Assembly (NCBI GenBank): GCA_963847185.1
Contig: CAWJYV010000008.1
Span: 320,001-384,000, forward strand
Direction of reading: 5' to 3'
DNA length: 64,000 nt
Source: an uncultured Methanosarcinaceae archaeon
GTDB taxonomy: Archaea > Halobacteriota > Methanosarcinia > Methanosarcinales > Methanosarcinaceae
Part shown: positions 27,940 to 39,012 of the stretch, piece after piece
Numbering within the stretch: position 1 is the stretch's first letter
How the letters are laid out: every line of letters starts with the position of its first letter
Position numbers and translations under genes: made by a program
The notes under the pieces: model-generated
What the model was told of the DNA's origin: nothing
Databases searched by the model: none
What the model saw: only the letters and a program-made list of their open reading frames with translations

Positions 27940-29154
27940 ATGCTAAACTTAAGACAAGCTATCAGGATCTCTCTTGGAAGCATATGGAGCTCAAAGCTCC
28001 GTTCAGGTCTGACCACTCTTGGCATTATCATAGGAATTGCTGCAGTAGTTGCAAACCTCTCTTTAGGGGAAAGCTTTAACGTTTATTTTGAAGATGAGAT
28101 CAATGCCCAGGGATCCAATTTTATTATTATATATAGCCAGGAGCCAAATATTTTCTATACCAACGAACTGCAAATTATCGATAAAACTCCAGGTATTGCT
28201 GCAGTTTCTCCAGTAAAACAACAACGTGGGTCAGTAGGCTACTTTTCTCAAAACAAAAATCTTGATATTGCTGGAGTGACCGGAGATTATAAGGATACAG
28301 CCAATATAGTTATGAGATCCGGCAGCTTCATATCAGATCAGGATGCTTTTTCTGCAGCCATAGGGTCCAAGGTAGCTGGTGATAAATTCAAAAGGAACAT
28401 TTCCACCCGCAGTTCAATAGATATTACTTTCCGGCTTGAAGAAAACAGATCAGTTACTAAAAAATTCAAAGTCAAAGGAATAATTGAAAGTCCGAATATC
28501 TCTTTCGCAGGGGGGGGAATTGATCGGGACGTAAGCGTCTTCGTCCCTGTTTCAACTCTTAATCAGATGCTTGAAGAAAATGATTTCTCGGCATTCTTTG
28601 CCATGACTAATAGTGTCGAAGACGTGGAAACTGTCTCAGACAAGGTAAATAAAAGGCTTGCTCGGAACTTTGGGGTCTCTTCAAGGAATATCGATGACGA
28701 AGACACAAAACCCTTCCGGATTTTTAACCAGGCTGATATCCTTAAGCAAACTACCCAGCTTGCCGATACTCTCCGAAATTTCCTTGTTGCTGTTGCTCTG
28801 ATCTCCTTGCTGGTAGGATCTATAGGGATAATGAATATTATGCTTGTGACAGTTACTGAACGTACCCGGGAAATAGGAATCATGAAAGCCCTTGGTTTTT
28901 CCAGTATGGATATCCTCCTGCTCTTTCTGGCAGAATCAATTATCATCAGCCTTTTTGGCGGCCTCCTGGGGGTGGGGGTAGGAATAGGAGGAGCTTATGT
29001 AGCCACAACCATCCTGAAGCTTCCCTTTGTTTTTTCGCATTTCACCTTTGAGGTAGGACTCTTGGTTGCGATATTTGTGGGAGTTACAGCAGGAGTTTAT
29101 CCCGCAAGCAAGGCTGCAAAAATGGCTCCTGTGGATGCTTTGAGGTATGAGTAA
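27940..29154 (+). CDS. MacB/FtsX-like ABC permease
   Basis: Paralog of 21982-23193. Confidence 0.95.
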   Translation: MLNLRQAIRISLGSIWSSKLRSGLTTLGIIIGIAAVVANLSLGESFNVYFEDEINAQGSNFIIIYSQEPNIFYTNELQIIDKTPGIAAVSPVKQQRGSVGYFSQNKNLDIAGVTGDYKDTANIVMRSGSFISDQDAFSAAIGSKVAGDKFKRNISTRSSIDITFRLEENRSVTKKFKVKGIIESPNISFAGGGIDRDVSVFVPVSTLNQMLEENDFSAFFAMTNSVEDVETVSDKVNKRLARNFGVSSRNIDDEDTKPFRIFNQADILKQTTQLADTLRNFLVAVALISLLVGSIGIMNIMLVTVTERTREIGIMKALGFSSMDILLLFLAESIIISLFGGLLGVGVGIGGAYVATTILKLPFVFSHFTFEVGLLVAIFVGVTAGVYPASKAAKMAPVDALRYE

Positions 29155-29385
29155 ACTTCTATCAATATCTGCTTATCATACCTTGGCCCTTTTTTGGTTC
29201 TATCTTTCCTTTTATCTTTTTTCTCTTTCATCCCTTTTTCTTTTTCAATAGCTTTTTTCTTTGACTATTATGGCTTCATTTCAAGTTCCTGCAGGGCATT
29301 TATATTCATGGGAATCATAGATTAGTCAACTCATTGTTACAAACTTGAACATCACTTAGTTTGTTCGAATTATCCAGTTTTTAGT

Positions 29386-30141
29386 GTGGGGTCAACAGGG
29401 GATTATTATATGAAAATAACAGTGTTCAGCGGGAGCCATAAAGGCAGGGAAGGAAACACCCTCATTATGGTTGATGAATTCCTTAAAGGAGCAGAAGAAG
29501 CCGGGGCAGAGATCGAAAATATTATCCTTGCTGAAAAGAATATTATGTACTGCAAGGGAAAATTTGAATGCTGGCTCAAAACTCCCGGAAGATGCACTAT
29601 CCGCGATGACATGGATGACCTGCTTCCCATGTTCATGGATTCGGATGTGGTAGTTTTTGCATGTCCTGTGTACTTTGACAATGTTCCGGCTATATTGAAA
29701 AACTTCATAGATAGACTTACCCCTCTCCTTTTGCCTCATTTCGAAGAGGATGAAAAAGGTGAGTACAGGCATTCAAAGCGCTATAAGAAATACCCGAAAA
29801 TTGTTGTGGTTTCTAACGCCGGACTGCCGGGTCAAACGAATTTTGAGGTTGAAAGTCTTTTTTTCAGGCGATTAGCAAGGACTTTCCATACAGAACTTAT
29901 TGCCGAAATCTATAGAGGAGAAGGGGAAATTTTCAGGGGTAAAAGTAACATTATGTTAAAACCTTTACTTGGAAAATACAAAAAACTGCTCAGGTGTGTT
30001 GGTAAAGAAATTGTTGAAAATCAAGTTCTCTCTGAAAAAACAATAAAAGAGCTCGAAAAACCGATCGTACCTCCAGGCCTTTACATTAAATTTGGAAATG
30101 AAGAATGGGATAGACTGTTAGAAGAAGGCAGAATTGATTGA
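29386..30141 (+). CDS. Flavodoxin-fold iron-sulfur flavoprotein / NADPH-dependent FMN reductase family
   Basis: GSxxxxxGNT, CxGxxxCW...C.I.DDM, PVYF, LKNFIDR; likely start ATG 29410. Confidence 0.85.
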   Translation: MGSTGDYYMKITVFSGSHKGREGNTLIMVDEFLKGAEEAGAEIENIILAEKNIMYCKGKFECWLKTPGRCTIRDDMDDLLPMFMDSDVVVFACPVYFDNVPAILKNFIDRLTPLLLPHFEEDEKGEYRHSKRYKKYPKIVVVSNAGLPGQTNFEVESLFFRRLARTFHTELIAEIYRGEGEIFRGKSNIMLKPLLGKYKKLLRCVGKEIVENQVLSEKTIKELEKPIVPPGLYIKFGNEEWDRLLEEGRID

Positions 30142-30302
30142 ATAAGGTCTCAAAATGAAAAAACTTCATGAAATGTGGATTATCAATCTTAATATAAATG
30201 TAAAGTAATCCTGACCTTATACACCTGGAAATCTCGATAGATTTAATAGGTGATAAAAAGGGATAAGAGGGAGGGTTTTATCCCTCCTATGTTTTTTATT
30301 TT

Positions 30303-32045
30303 TCAATCAGTGCCCGGGCTACTTTCCACCAGGTCCTCAAGGCTGTGCTCCATGTAAGGAGCGTTACTCCTGTTAATAAGCTCCTGACAGACATCAGCCG
30401 GGTTTTCATCCATTACAAGTGCTCCGTTTTCTATTAGTACAGCTCTATGAGCAACTTCCCGGACAAAATCCATATGATGGCTTACAAGCACTATGGTAGT
30501 TCCAAAGCGCTCATTGATCCTCTTTAAAGAATTTGTTACATCTCTGAGGGTTACCGGATCAAGATCCCCAAAAGGTTCGTCGAGCATGAGATATTGTGGG
30601 GAGGTTGCAAGGCTCAACGCAATAAATGCCCTTACATGCTCGCCTCCACTTATCTGATAGGGAGTTTTATCAAGAACTTCCATTGGAAGGTCAAGAGCTT
30701 CAAAGACTGGTTCTGCATAGGTATCGACATCAGTCACAGGAATTGTTGGGAATAGTTCAAAATAAATAGTTTCACTAAGGTTTAACTCTCGCAGAGCAGT
30801 CGTCTTTTCCTCTTCAGGCATATCCGGTAGTCTGTATATGGTATCGAGAGTCTCATCCGAAAGCCCCAATTCTCTGGCTTTATTCCTTGCGTATTCGATT
30901 GCACCTTTCTTTTTTATACTTAGCCTGAATCGAATCTGGTCTCTTACAGTTGAGTTAACGGACATGGAGAATTCCTGGTTCATTATACTCATAATCCTTC
31001 GAAGCTCCATTCGTTTCTCGCTGTACTCGGTAACATTTACCCAGTCTCCATTGCATAGGTATTCGACAGTCCCGCTTTTCGGCTTGACAAGTCCTTCCAT
31101 AAGCTTCATTATTGTTGTTTTTCCGGCTCCTGAAGGGCCTATAAAGGCCACAGTCTCTCCTTTATAAACGTCCAGGGAAAAGTTTTTGATGTTGAGGACT
31201 TCTCCCATTCGGATAAGAGAATAACGTTTTGAAATATCTCTTACCTTAATACAAACTTCTTTATTTTCAGGCTCTGAGAGCTCTTCTCTGGGCTTCATAT
31301 CTCTAAGGAAATTTTTAAGTACCCAGATTGGTTCCCCTTCAGCTGCGATTTTCCCTTCTTCAAGGAATATCAGCCTATCGGCAAGATATGCATGAATTTC
31401 CGGGAGATGGGAAATTACTACAATAGGAATATTCAGTTTCTCTTTTAGACTCTTTATTACATCAAGCACTTCTTGTTTTGTATCTGGCCCGGTCATTGTA
31501 ACGGGTTCGTCGAGAAGAAGAACTTTTGGCTTTGCAGCTAACTGCCTTGCCATTACAACTCTCTGTTTTTCCCCTCCGCTCAGGAGGTTGGTGGAGTGAA
31601 GAGCTTTATGTTCAAGCCCCACAAGTTTCAGATACTCCATTGCCTCTTCAAAGAGTTCATCATATTCGTGATTATCATTGTGCGGAAGGGCTTCGTGCCC
31701 TATTCTAAGGTAATTTAGTTTCCTTATTATGTTTTCAATTGCAGGCCCGTTCCAGAGCCCGAAGTTCCGCTGGAGGTGTATTGCGGTTACGCTTTTCAGA
31801 AATTTTTCCCCTTCAATTCCTGAATCAAAGGTTACAATTTCCCCGTCTACCTCTACAGTTCCTTCCTGGAAGGGTTCTACTCCCCGGATGATGCGAAGAA
31901 GCGTTGACTTCCCGCTTCCGCTTCGACCTGTAATCCCGAGAATTTCTCCATCTTCCACTGTGAGGTCGATATGGTCCAATACTCTTATTTTTTCGGAGCG
32001 CACCTCATAATCTTTTACCAGGTTGGAAATCTTGAGCATAATCAT
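30303..32045 (-). CDS. Dual ABC-ATPase, methyl-coenzyme M reductase component A2 (AtwA) paralog
   Basis: Two ABC domains, similar to 55250-56980 but without the Cys finger. Confidence 0.85.
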   Translation of the reverse strand: MIMLKISNLVKDYEVRSEKIRVLDHIDLTVEDGEILGITGRSGSGKSTLLRIIRGVEPFQEGTVEVDGEIVTFDSGIEGEKFLKSVTAIHLQRNFGLWNGPAIENIIRKLNYLRIGHEALPHNDNHEYDELFEEAMEYLKLVGLEHKALHSTNLLSGGEKQRVVMARQLAAKPKVLLLDEPVTMTGPDTKQEVLDVIKSLKEKLNIPIVVISHLPEIHAYLADRLIFLEEGKIAAEGEPIWVLKNFLRDMKPREELSEPENKEVCIKVRDISKRYSLIRMGEVLNIKNFSLDVYKGETVAFIGPSGAGKTTIMKLMEGLVKPKSGTVEYLCNGDWVNVTEYSEKRMELRRIMSIMNQEFSMSVNSTVRDQIRFRLSIKKKGAIEYARNKARELGLSDETLDTIYRLPDMPEEEKTTALRELNLSETIYFELFPTIPVTDVDTYAEPVFEALDLPMEVLDKTPYQISGGEHVRAFIALSLATSPQYLMLDEPFGDLDPVTLRDVTNSLKRINERFGTTIVLVSHHMDFVREVAHRAVLIENGALVMDENPADVCQELINRSNAPYMEHSLEDLVESSPGTD

Positions 32046-32300
32046 ACCTCTTAGTGTTCAACTCAAATTGACACTGGATCTCTTATGGATACTGAAGGTT
32101 TAACCTTCTTTCCTTTTAGAAAATTTGTATGTTTTGAATCATTGCATTTTCCAGATCTGTTAGCGTTAGTAGAATATGAAACTAAAATAGGAATCAGGTA
32201 CTTTTCTTTAAAACTATTTATTATAATCGGCTGCCTGTTAATTACCATCTGGACAGTTTCGAAAAGTAAGTATAGAGATAGTTTCTAAAATAAAAAGATT

Positions 32301-32390
32301 GGGTAAAGAAAACATTGGATAAAGAAAGCATTAGGTAAAGAAAACATTGGATGAAGAAAGCATTAGGTAAAGAAGAAACAGCAGGTAAAG
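32301..32390. repeat. Short tandem direct repeat (~32 bp unit)
   Basis: ggtaaagaaaacattggat(a/g)aagaaagcatta repeated twice plus partial copies. Confidence 0.6.
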
Positions 32391-32404
32391 AAAAGGACCG
32401 AAAT

Positions 32405-32644
32405 TTAAAGTCCTGCTCTTTCAACCAACAATTCTGCTATTTGTTTTGCGTCTTTGAAAGGGAAGTCTTTCTCTGTAATCAGACTTCTCGCTTCTGCTGC
32501 AGTAACTACAACATCTCCTATTATGCAAGTGGTATCCAGTCCCTCAGGTAAAGCAGCAATCAACTCTCCCTCCGTGTTGATTGGAAACTTGGAATTTTTA
32601 AGTGCTTCAATGATCTGTTCATAGACCTCTTCCCTTACGTTCAT
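32405..32644 (-). CDS. MTH865-like family protein
   Basis: FPI..ELIAALPxG.DTTC, DFPF pattern. Confidence 0.8.
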   Translation of the reverse strand: MNVREEVYEQIIEALKNSKFPINTEGELIAALPEGLDTTCIIGDVVVTAAEARSLITEKDFPFKDAKQIAELLVERAGL

Positions 32645-32912
32645 TTTCTTCTCCTATTCTTTTTTTTGCAGCTATATATTCTTAAAACCATTGTTCTTTG
32701 ATTTCCTGTTAACAGCTACTTATTATATTTCATCTACTCTCCCCTTAAGTTATCATTCGTTACATTCTTTAGGGGAAAAAGGCTCTATGAGAAAAGACAA
32801 CTTACGCTTTGAGAGAGAACGTTAAAAAATGAATCTTTAAAAAATAAGTGGATTGAGTAAGCTTTTAATCTCAAAAGCAGGCAGCACATTCCAAAACTAT
32901 CATTTTCAGGAA

Positions 32913-33656
32913 TTACTTCTTTATAGCTGATACAAGTTCAGCTACTTTCGCAGTAACATCTTTTACTTCTTCAACAATCGTACCTGTTACTATCATATCC
33001 GCACCTGCAGAAGCACAGAGCTTTGCGGTTTTTGCATCTCTGATCCCGCCGCCGATGATAAGTTTGTTTTCTCCAAGTGCGTGCTTGACTGCCCCTATCA
33101 TCTCAGGGTTAACAGGTGTATCTGCTCCTGATCCGGCTTCAAGATACGTATAATGCATGCCCAGGTACTTGCCTGCAAGGGCGTAAGCGACTGCAAGTTC
33201 AGGTTTCCTTCTTGGAATCAGTTTCGCGTCTCCTACCCATCCGACAGTTCCCCCAGGCTCGACTATAAGGTATGCCATAGAGATAGGTTCTATCTGACTT
33301 CTGTATACAAGCGGAGCTCCAAGTACTTGGTTTGTAATTACGTATCCTATGTCTCTGGAGTTCAGAAGACTCATGAAAAATACTGCATCTGCATACTTGC
33401 TAAGCCCGGCTGAATTCCCTGGAAAGAGGATTGTTGGGACATCTACCTTCTCTTTTATCTTTATGACAGTCTCATCAAGTAGAGTCCCTGATGCTCCCGT
33501 TGAGCCCCCGATCATGATAGCATCGGTACCTCCTTCAACTGCCGCAAGGGCAATTTCAGCGGCTCTTTCCGGCGTTTGAGACGCCGGGTCGATAAGGGTA
33601 AGATGTACTTTTCCTTCCTGATCAATAATTTTCTGAAGGTGTGCTTCCACCTGCAA
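32913..33656 (-). CDS. Geranylgeranylglyceryl phosphate synthase
   Basis: TLIDP, IGGS, YLEAGSGA, GGGIR motifs. Confidence 0.95.
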   Translation of the reverse strand: MQVEAHLQKIIDQEGKVHLTLIDPASQTPERAAEIALAAVEGGTDAIMIGGSTGASGTLLDETVIKIKEKVDVPTILFPGNSAGLSKYADAVFFMSLLNSRDIGYVITNQVLGAPLVYRSQIEPISMAYLIVEPGGTVGWVGDAKLIPRRKPELAVAYALAGKYLGMHYTYLEAGSGADTPVNPEMIGAVKHALGENKLIIGGGIRDAKTAKLCASAGADMIVTGTIVEEVKDVTAKVAELVSAIKK

Positions 33657-33662
33657 AAAAGA

Positions 33663-33812
33663 TCATGCTCCCTTGGATTCCTTGGATTTTACACGAAGGG
33701 CGCTGGAACCGCATTTTCTGCAGCGTGTTGCTCTTACTGCATTTCTTGCATTGCATTTCATGCAGATCTTTTTATTTAATAATCTTTCTTCTGCTTCTGG
33801 AAAACGACCCAT
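33663..33812 (-). CDS. rpl40e: 50S ribosomal protein L40e
   Basis: Manual translation [49 protein letters not shown]; missing from the ORF track. Confidence 0.95.
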   Translation of the reverse strand: MGRFPEAEERLLNKKICMKCNARNAVRATRCRKCGSSALRVKSKESKGA

Positions 33813-34167
33813 TTTTTGTCACCTGCTATTATTTTTATTATCGATAAGGTATATAGCCCGCTTAATGGATGTTAAGGCATATAATGTTTTTCATCAAAAA
33901 ATCCGTTGTTTACGGAGTTTGATCTTCTTTTTTTCTTCTTTTTTCGCGTGCATGAAGTTTTTACTGTGCTTTTGACTCAAAGCTTATTTATTGGTTATGT
34001 TGTTTATTCCCTGACTTCTATACTAATCGAGGACTAAATGATAATTAAGTTAACGTCGAATTTTGCATACGTTAATGTGGAAATTACATAAAGCTAAAAA
34101 TCATATTTAATGTTATAATCCATTTTATGTTTAATCAACTCGGGATTTTGAGTTCCCTATCTCTTTA

Positions 34168-35526
34168 ATGGTGATCGACGTGACTATTCATCCTATAGAT
34201 TATCGGTATGGTACAGCGGAAATGAAATATGTGTGGAGTCAAGAAAACAGACTTGCCAAAATTCTCCGGACAGAAGTTGCTCTTGCAAGGGCCGAGGCGG
34301 ATATGGGGATAATTCCTGCAGAAGCGGCTGAAATTATTTCTGAAAGCATTACTTCTGTAAAGCCTGAGAGAGTAGATGAGATCGAAGCTGAAATCCATCA
34401 TGATATGATGGCCGTGGTTCTTGCGATCTCTGAACAGTGCAGAGATGATGCTGGAAAATGGGTACATTTTGGAGCCACTTCAAATGATATTCTGGACACA
34501 GCAACAGCTCTCCAGATTAAGGATGCAATTGAGATCTTTGAAGACAAACTTAAGACTTTATTAAAAACCCTGCTTAATCAGGCAGAAGATCATAAGCAAA
34601 CTGTCTGCTGTGGCAGGACCCACGGGCAGATTGGAGTTCCAACAACTTACGGGCTCCGTTTTGCTATATGGGCTTCAGAGATCTCAAGACATCTCGAGAG
34701 ATTGTACCAGCTTACTCCGAGAGCAACTGTAGGACAAATGACTGGAGCAGTTGGGACACAGGCTGCATTTGGAAAATCCGGAATTTTAATACAGAAACTT
34801 ACCATGCAACACCTTGGAATTGGAGCTGTCGATGTTTCCAATCAGATCATCCAAAGGGATAGGCATGCTGAATTCGTAATGTGGATGGCAAATGCCGTCA
34901 CTACTCTGGATAAAATAGGAGTCGAAATCAGAACTCTTCAGCGAAGCGAGATCGCCGAGATTGAAGAAAGCTTTGGAAAAAAGCAGGTAGGATCATCTAC
35001 CATGCCTCATAAGCGCAACCCAATAAAATCAGAACAGATCTGCGGGCTTGCAAGGATTGTAAGGGCTATGGTCGAACCTGAGCTTCTTAACAACACCCTA
35101 TGGGATGAAAGAGACCTTACCAACTCTTCCTGCGAGAGGGTGGTTTTTCCTGAAGCCTGTGTTCTGACCGACCATATACTTAAGCTCGGGATTTCTGTGC
35201 TTGAGAACCTGAGGTTCTATCCTGAAAATATTCGGAAGAATTTGGAATTGCTTAGGGGCCTAAACATGGGAGAAGCTGTCATGATCGAACTTGCAAAGAG
35301 AGGTGTGGGCAGGCAGGAAGCTCATGAGCTTGTCCGGGATGCAGCAATGAGGGCTCATGATACAGGGCAATATTTCAAAAACGTCCTTCTGGAAACTCCT
35401 GCTGTTGCAAGGTATCTGTCTGCTCTCGATATTGAAAATCTCGTAAATCCTGATAAATATATAGGAACTGCAGTTGAACAGGTTGAAGCACTCGTTGTAA
35501 AACTTCGTGAGGGTTATTCCCTCTAA
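34168..35526 (+). CDS. purB: Adenylosuccinate lyase
   Basis: HFGATSND, GRTHGQ, GSSTMPHKRNP. Confidence 0.97.
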   Translation: MVIDVTIHPIDYRYGTAEMKYVWSQENRLAKILRTEVALARAEADMGIIPAEAAEIISESITSVKPERVDEIEAEIHHDMMAVVLAISEQCRDDAGKWVHFGATSNDILDTATALQIKDAIEIFEDKLKTLLKTLLNQAEDHKQTVCCGRTHGQIGVPTTYGLRFAIWASEISRHLERLYQLTPRATVGQMTGAVGTQAAFGKSGILIQKLTMQHLGIGAVDVSNQIIQRDRHAEFVMWMANAVTTLDKIGVEIRTLQRSEIAEIEESFGKKQVGSSTMPHKRNPIKSEQICGLARIVRAMVEPELLNNTLWDERDLTNSSCERVVFPEACVLTDHILKLGISVLENLRFYPENIRKNLELLRGLNMGEAVMIELAKRGVGRQEAHELVRDAAMRAHDTGQYFKNVLLETPAVARYLSALDIENLVNPDKYIGTAVEQVEALVVKLREGYSL

Positions 35527-35768
35527 CCTTTTTCTTTCTTTTAAGCTAATCAATAAGGGCGATTAACTGATGGAAAAATATAAATTACTTGTTTCTCAGT
35601 TCAAGTATAGAGCTTAATAACGTTTTGTCCAAAAAAACAGTTTTGCGCAAGAATTGTAAAGCTCCGAACTTCTTCATTTATGTGAAAGATTAAATATAAA
35701 TGTTTATATCCTATGAGCTTTATTATATTAAAACAACTTTGTCAAAAGTTTCATCCAACTTGGGTGAT

Positions 35769-35863
35769 TGAGGCATCTAAAAATTAGGTGTTGCGTAACT
35801 TAAAATGTCTAGTTGGGCTAGATATGTAGATGTTTTAGGTGTGAAAGTGGATTAGATGCCTCA
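35769..35863 (-). ncRNA. Structured small RNA, copy 1 (possibly sRNA41-like)
   Basis: Closing stem gaggcatct/agatgcctc; minus-strand TATA at 35885-35892; paralog at 36655. Confidence 0.65.
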
Positions 35864-36129
35864 TTAACTCCTATGTAGAGGTTATTTATAAAATTTGTGC
35901 TAATTTCCTGATTCTATCTTCTCAAAAAAATAATCCTTCCCTTCTCTATTCTTCCATTTTTTACCTCTTATCTTTTCCCTCTATTGTTCTCAATTTTCGA
36001 AGCTATTTTCTTTGTTTCCTCTTATCCAATTACTCATAGGGTAAACCGTCTTTTTAGATATCTAATTTACGATCCTGAAGCATGGAAATCGGAGATCTTG
36101 TGGAAGTTATGATGTAATTACAACAGTGT

Positions 36130-36462
36130 GAGGTGCTTTTCGCCCCGAGTTCCGTCTCCCGAGCTTCGCTTCCCGAGTTCCGCGTCGGGATCACAGGAAA
36201 TTGGAGATTTTCTGGGAGTTGCGATGTAATCGCAACAGCACGGGGTCTGTTCACTTGCTTCGCTCGCTCAAGCAGACTATTATGGTTTAAAATCCGAAAA
36301 AAATCCCATTGTAGAAGCCATCAGTCCTTTTTGATGCGCTCAAGAGGACTAATTTATGGCTTTTTGATGCTTCTAGTGGGTGGGTACAGAGAATTTTAGT
36401 TTTTAATGTAAATATTAGATTTTTTGAATTTGATCGGTGTTTGTGCCCTAACCTTCCATAAT
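36130..36462. repeat. GC-richer interspersed repeat / MITE-like remnants between the two sRNA copies
   Basis: Internal repeats cccgagttccg and cgctcaag; attatgg...ccataat inverted ends around 36278-36461. Confidence 0.35.
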
Positions 36463-36654
36463 TATAAAAAAATAGTGGTTCCTTCCAGATAGGATGTGGA
36501 CTTTTGTGCTATTTCAGGGCTATTCTGTCCGGTCATGTGTAAAAAATGCTTCTGTGACTTAAATTAATTTTCAAGTTAATTTTTATTTTGTGGTATAACT
36601 ATAAACGCTTATATATGATGATTTTCTATCCCTTTGAGCGTTGCTTTATCCAAG

Positions 36655-36756
36655 TATTGAGGCATCTGAAATAGGTGTTGCGAAACTTAAAATATCTATC
36701 TGGGCTAGTTTGGGTAGATTATTTCATGGTGTGAAAGTGGATTAGATGCCTCAATA
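36655..36756 (-). ncRNA. Structured small RNA, copy 2 (possibly sRNA41-like)
   Basis: 13 bp closing stem tattgaggcatct/agatgcctcaata; minus-strand TATA at 36777-36784. Confidence 0.65.
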
Positions 36757-37040
36757 ATTTCTAATGATAAGGTTATTTATATAATTTGTGTTTACTGTAT
36801 GCACAACCGCCCAAAACTGACATTTTACAGTAGATTGTTTATGTTTCCTTGATTGTTTTCAGTATCTATGTAGTATTTTTTTATAGTGATTTCTTCCTTC
36901 TGCTTGTGTTTTCTCCTGATTTATTTTGTTAAGTTCTTCTGTCCCGAAACGGATAGTGCTGTATATGTAAACTATGGTCCAGAATTATTTACAAGTTATT
37001 TTTCCTTAAGCTTGAAGTCGCTAGTGTTTGAGACACTTCA

Positions 37041-38666
37041 TTATTCCTGCTGGGAAGGTTTGAATACTTCCAGATTTTCCCAGTTGAATTTATCTGGAGG
37101 ACAGGCTCTTATGCATTTCTGACAGTGAGCTCCTTCACAGAGGTCAGTGCTTATCATAACTCTGTTTTCCTCATCAATTGTTATAGCATCATTAGGGCAG
37201 ACTTTTATGCACTTTTTGCATTCGGGGCAATCCACAACCATGGTCATATATGTCCCGACCCTCTCCAGCACATAGAGTCCTTCTTCCCCAAGCACAGGAA
37301 TGTCCCTTTCTACACGTTTCTCGACGATGGGATTGTCTATAGGATCATCAAGCCCTGGAAGTCCTTTCTTTTTGAGATATTTTTTAAACATTTTAAAAGG
37401 CATACCCTCTTCCCAATACGCAAGTTCAAGAATATACGCATCCCTGAATTCAGGGGATGTTGCAAACATAATGTGAGTACCTATAATCTGGTTTGCAATG
37501 TCCTGAAGTTCCCAGAGCCTCTCTTCTGAAAGAAGGACTTCTTTTGCTACTATTAGGGAAGTATTTCCTATCTGACAGATTCTTTTCGTGGAATAGGGGA
37601 TCAACCCTATTTTCTGGGCTTTTGCCGCATCCATATAGGTGCCAGCAGCTCCTGCCATATAAGCTGTATTTATATCTTCCATTTGAATTCCTGCAGATGA
37701 ACAGAGGGTAATATGTCCTGCTCGTATGGCTCCTATAGCTTTTCCAGCTTCATGCATATCTTTTTCTGAAAATTTGATCTTATTCTGCAGGTGAATTGTG
37801 CCATCAGGGGTTTTAATCTTCGGAAGTTCAGCGAGTCCACGCCCCAGGGCTTTTTCTATCAGGGCTATAACTCCTGTCCCTGTTATACCTCTTGCTTTTA
37901 TTTGCCCTTCTTTAATTATATTTCCCGTAGCTGGATCTACAAGGTCTCCTGGGACTTGTTTCATCTCTTCGTTGAGCACATAGTTTCTCAGAAATCCGTT
38001 CTCGAATTCAAAATCAGATATCGTGAATGGAGAAGCAAGTTTCCCTTGCTTTATTTGCTGTCCTTCGAGAGCCGGTCCAGCAGCTGCGGATCCTGTATAA
38101 ATAATATCTTTCACTTTAAGGGCCATTTCGGCATTTGTCCCATAGTCCGTTGCAATTGATATCTCATCACTTTCAAGCATTCCTGATTTGACAATCAGGG
38201 CAAGGGCATCAGCTCCGACTTCGTGTTTTATTGCAGGGGGAACTCTCAGTTCGAAGTCAAATTCTTCAAATCCTGGAATTTCTTTGCTGGAAGCAATTCT
38301 GGCATTTCTATTCTGTTCTTTTATATTGTATTTCTGTTTCTTCCGCTCGCCTGCGTAAGCAAGGTCTTCTATGGAAATTCCCTGAAAGATTGACAGCTGG
38401 ATGGGGTTTCCACAAATCGAAAGCCTTTCCAGTTCTTTTCTCTCCACACCCAGAGTTTTGAATATATTTTTTACAGCGTTTACTGAAAGCTCGTGTGCAA
38501 GGTTTTGCCCATAGTGGATTGCGAAGTCCATGTGGTCCATCACATTCGCGCCGGGAAGTGGGTTCCTTAAAGTTATTACAGTTCTTTTGATCTCTCCATT
38601 GTCAAGGTCAATTTTCTGAGCTCGATATCCACTTGTACCCAGGTCAATTGCAACTCCGTATCTCAT
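37041..38666 (-). CDS. Methyltransferase corrinoid protein reductive activase (RamA family)
   Basis: IDLGTSG, NPLPGANVMDH, DYGTNAE, C-terminal 2x[4Fe-4S] ferredoxin. Confidence 0.92.
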   Translation of the reverse strand: MRYGVAIDLGTSGYRAQKIDLDNGEIKRTVITLRNPLPGANVMDHMDFAIHYGQNLAHELSVNAVKNIFKTLGVERKELERLSICGNPIQLSIFQGISIEDLAYAGERKKQKYNIKEQNRNARIASSKEIPGFEEFDFELRVPPAIKHEVGADALALIVKSGMLESDEISIATDYGTNAEMALKVKDIIYTGSAAAGPALEGQQIKQGKLASPFTISDFEFENGFLRNYVLNEEMKQVPGDLVDPATGNIIKEGQIKARGITGTGVIALIEKALGRGLAELPKIKTPDGTIHLQNKIKFSEKDMHEAGKAIGAIRAGHITLCSSAGIQMEDINTAYMAGAAGTYMDAAKAQKIGLIPYSTKRICQIGNTSLIVAKEVLLSEERLWELQDIANQIIGTHIMFATSPEFRDAYILELAYWEEGMPFKMFKKYLKKKGLPGLDDPIDNPIVEKRVERDIPVLGEEGLYVLERVGTYMTMVVDCPECKKCIKVCPNDAITIDEENRVMISTDLCEGAHCQKCIRACPPDKFNWENLEVFKPSQQE

Positions 38667-39012
38667 ATATACTCCCCTAACTTTTCTTATTTCGTCGGAT
38701 GTTTTTTAATTTAGCCGTTGAGGTTTTATGTATTCAATATTTTGAAAATAACATATAAATAAATAGAGCAATTTATTCGTTTATATTTATATTTAATTCG
38801 AAATAAATTACGCGTTAATTGCTTTTTAAAAATTACTCTCGAAATTTTTGTTATACCTTATATGGTAAATTTTATTAAAAAAGATGTTTGCTAGGCCTAT
38901 TTCTTTCCTTTTGTCAGGCAGCCTGAGCCTTTTAAAATCCTTTGCTAAAAATAGATATCGGGAGAAATATGGTGAAGATATCTTTATATAGTACAAGTGT
39001 CTTTGTATAGTC

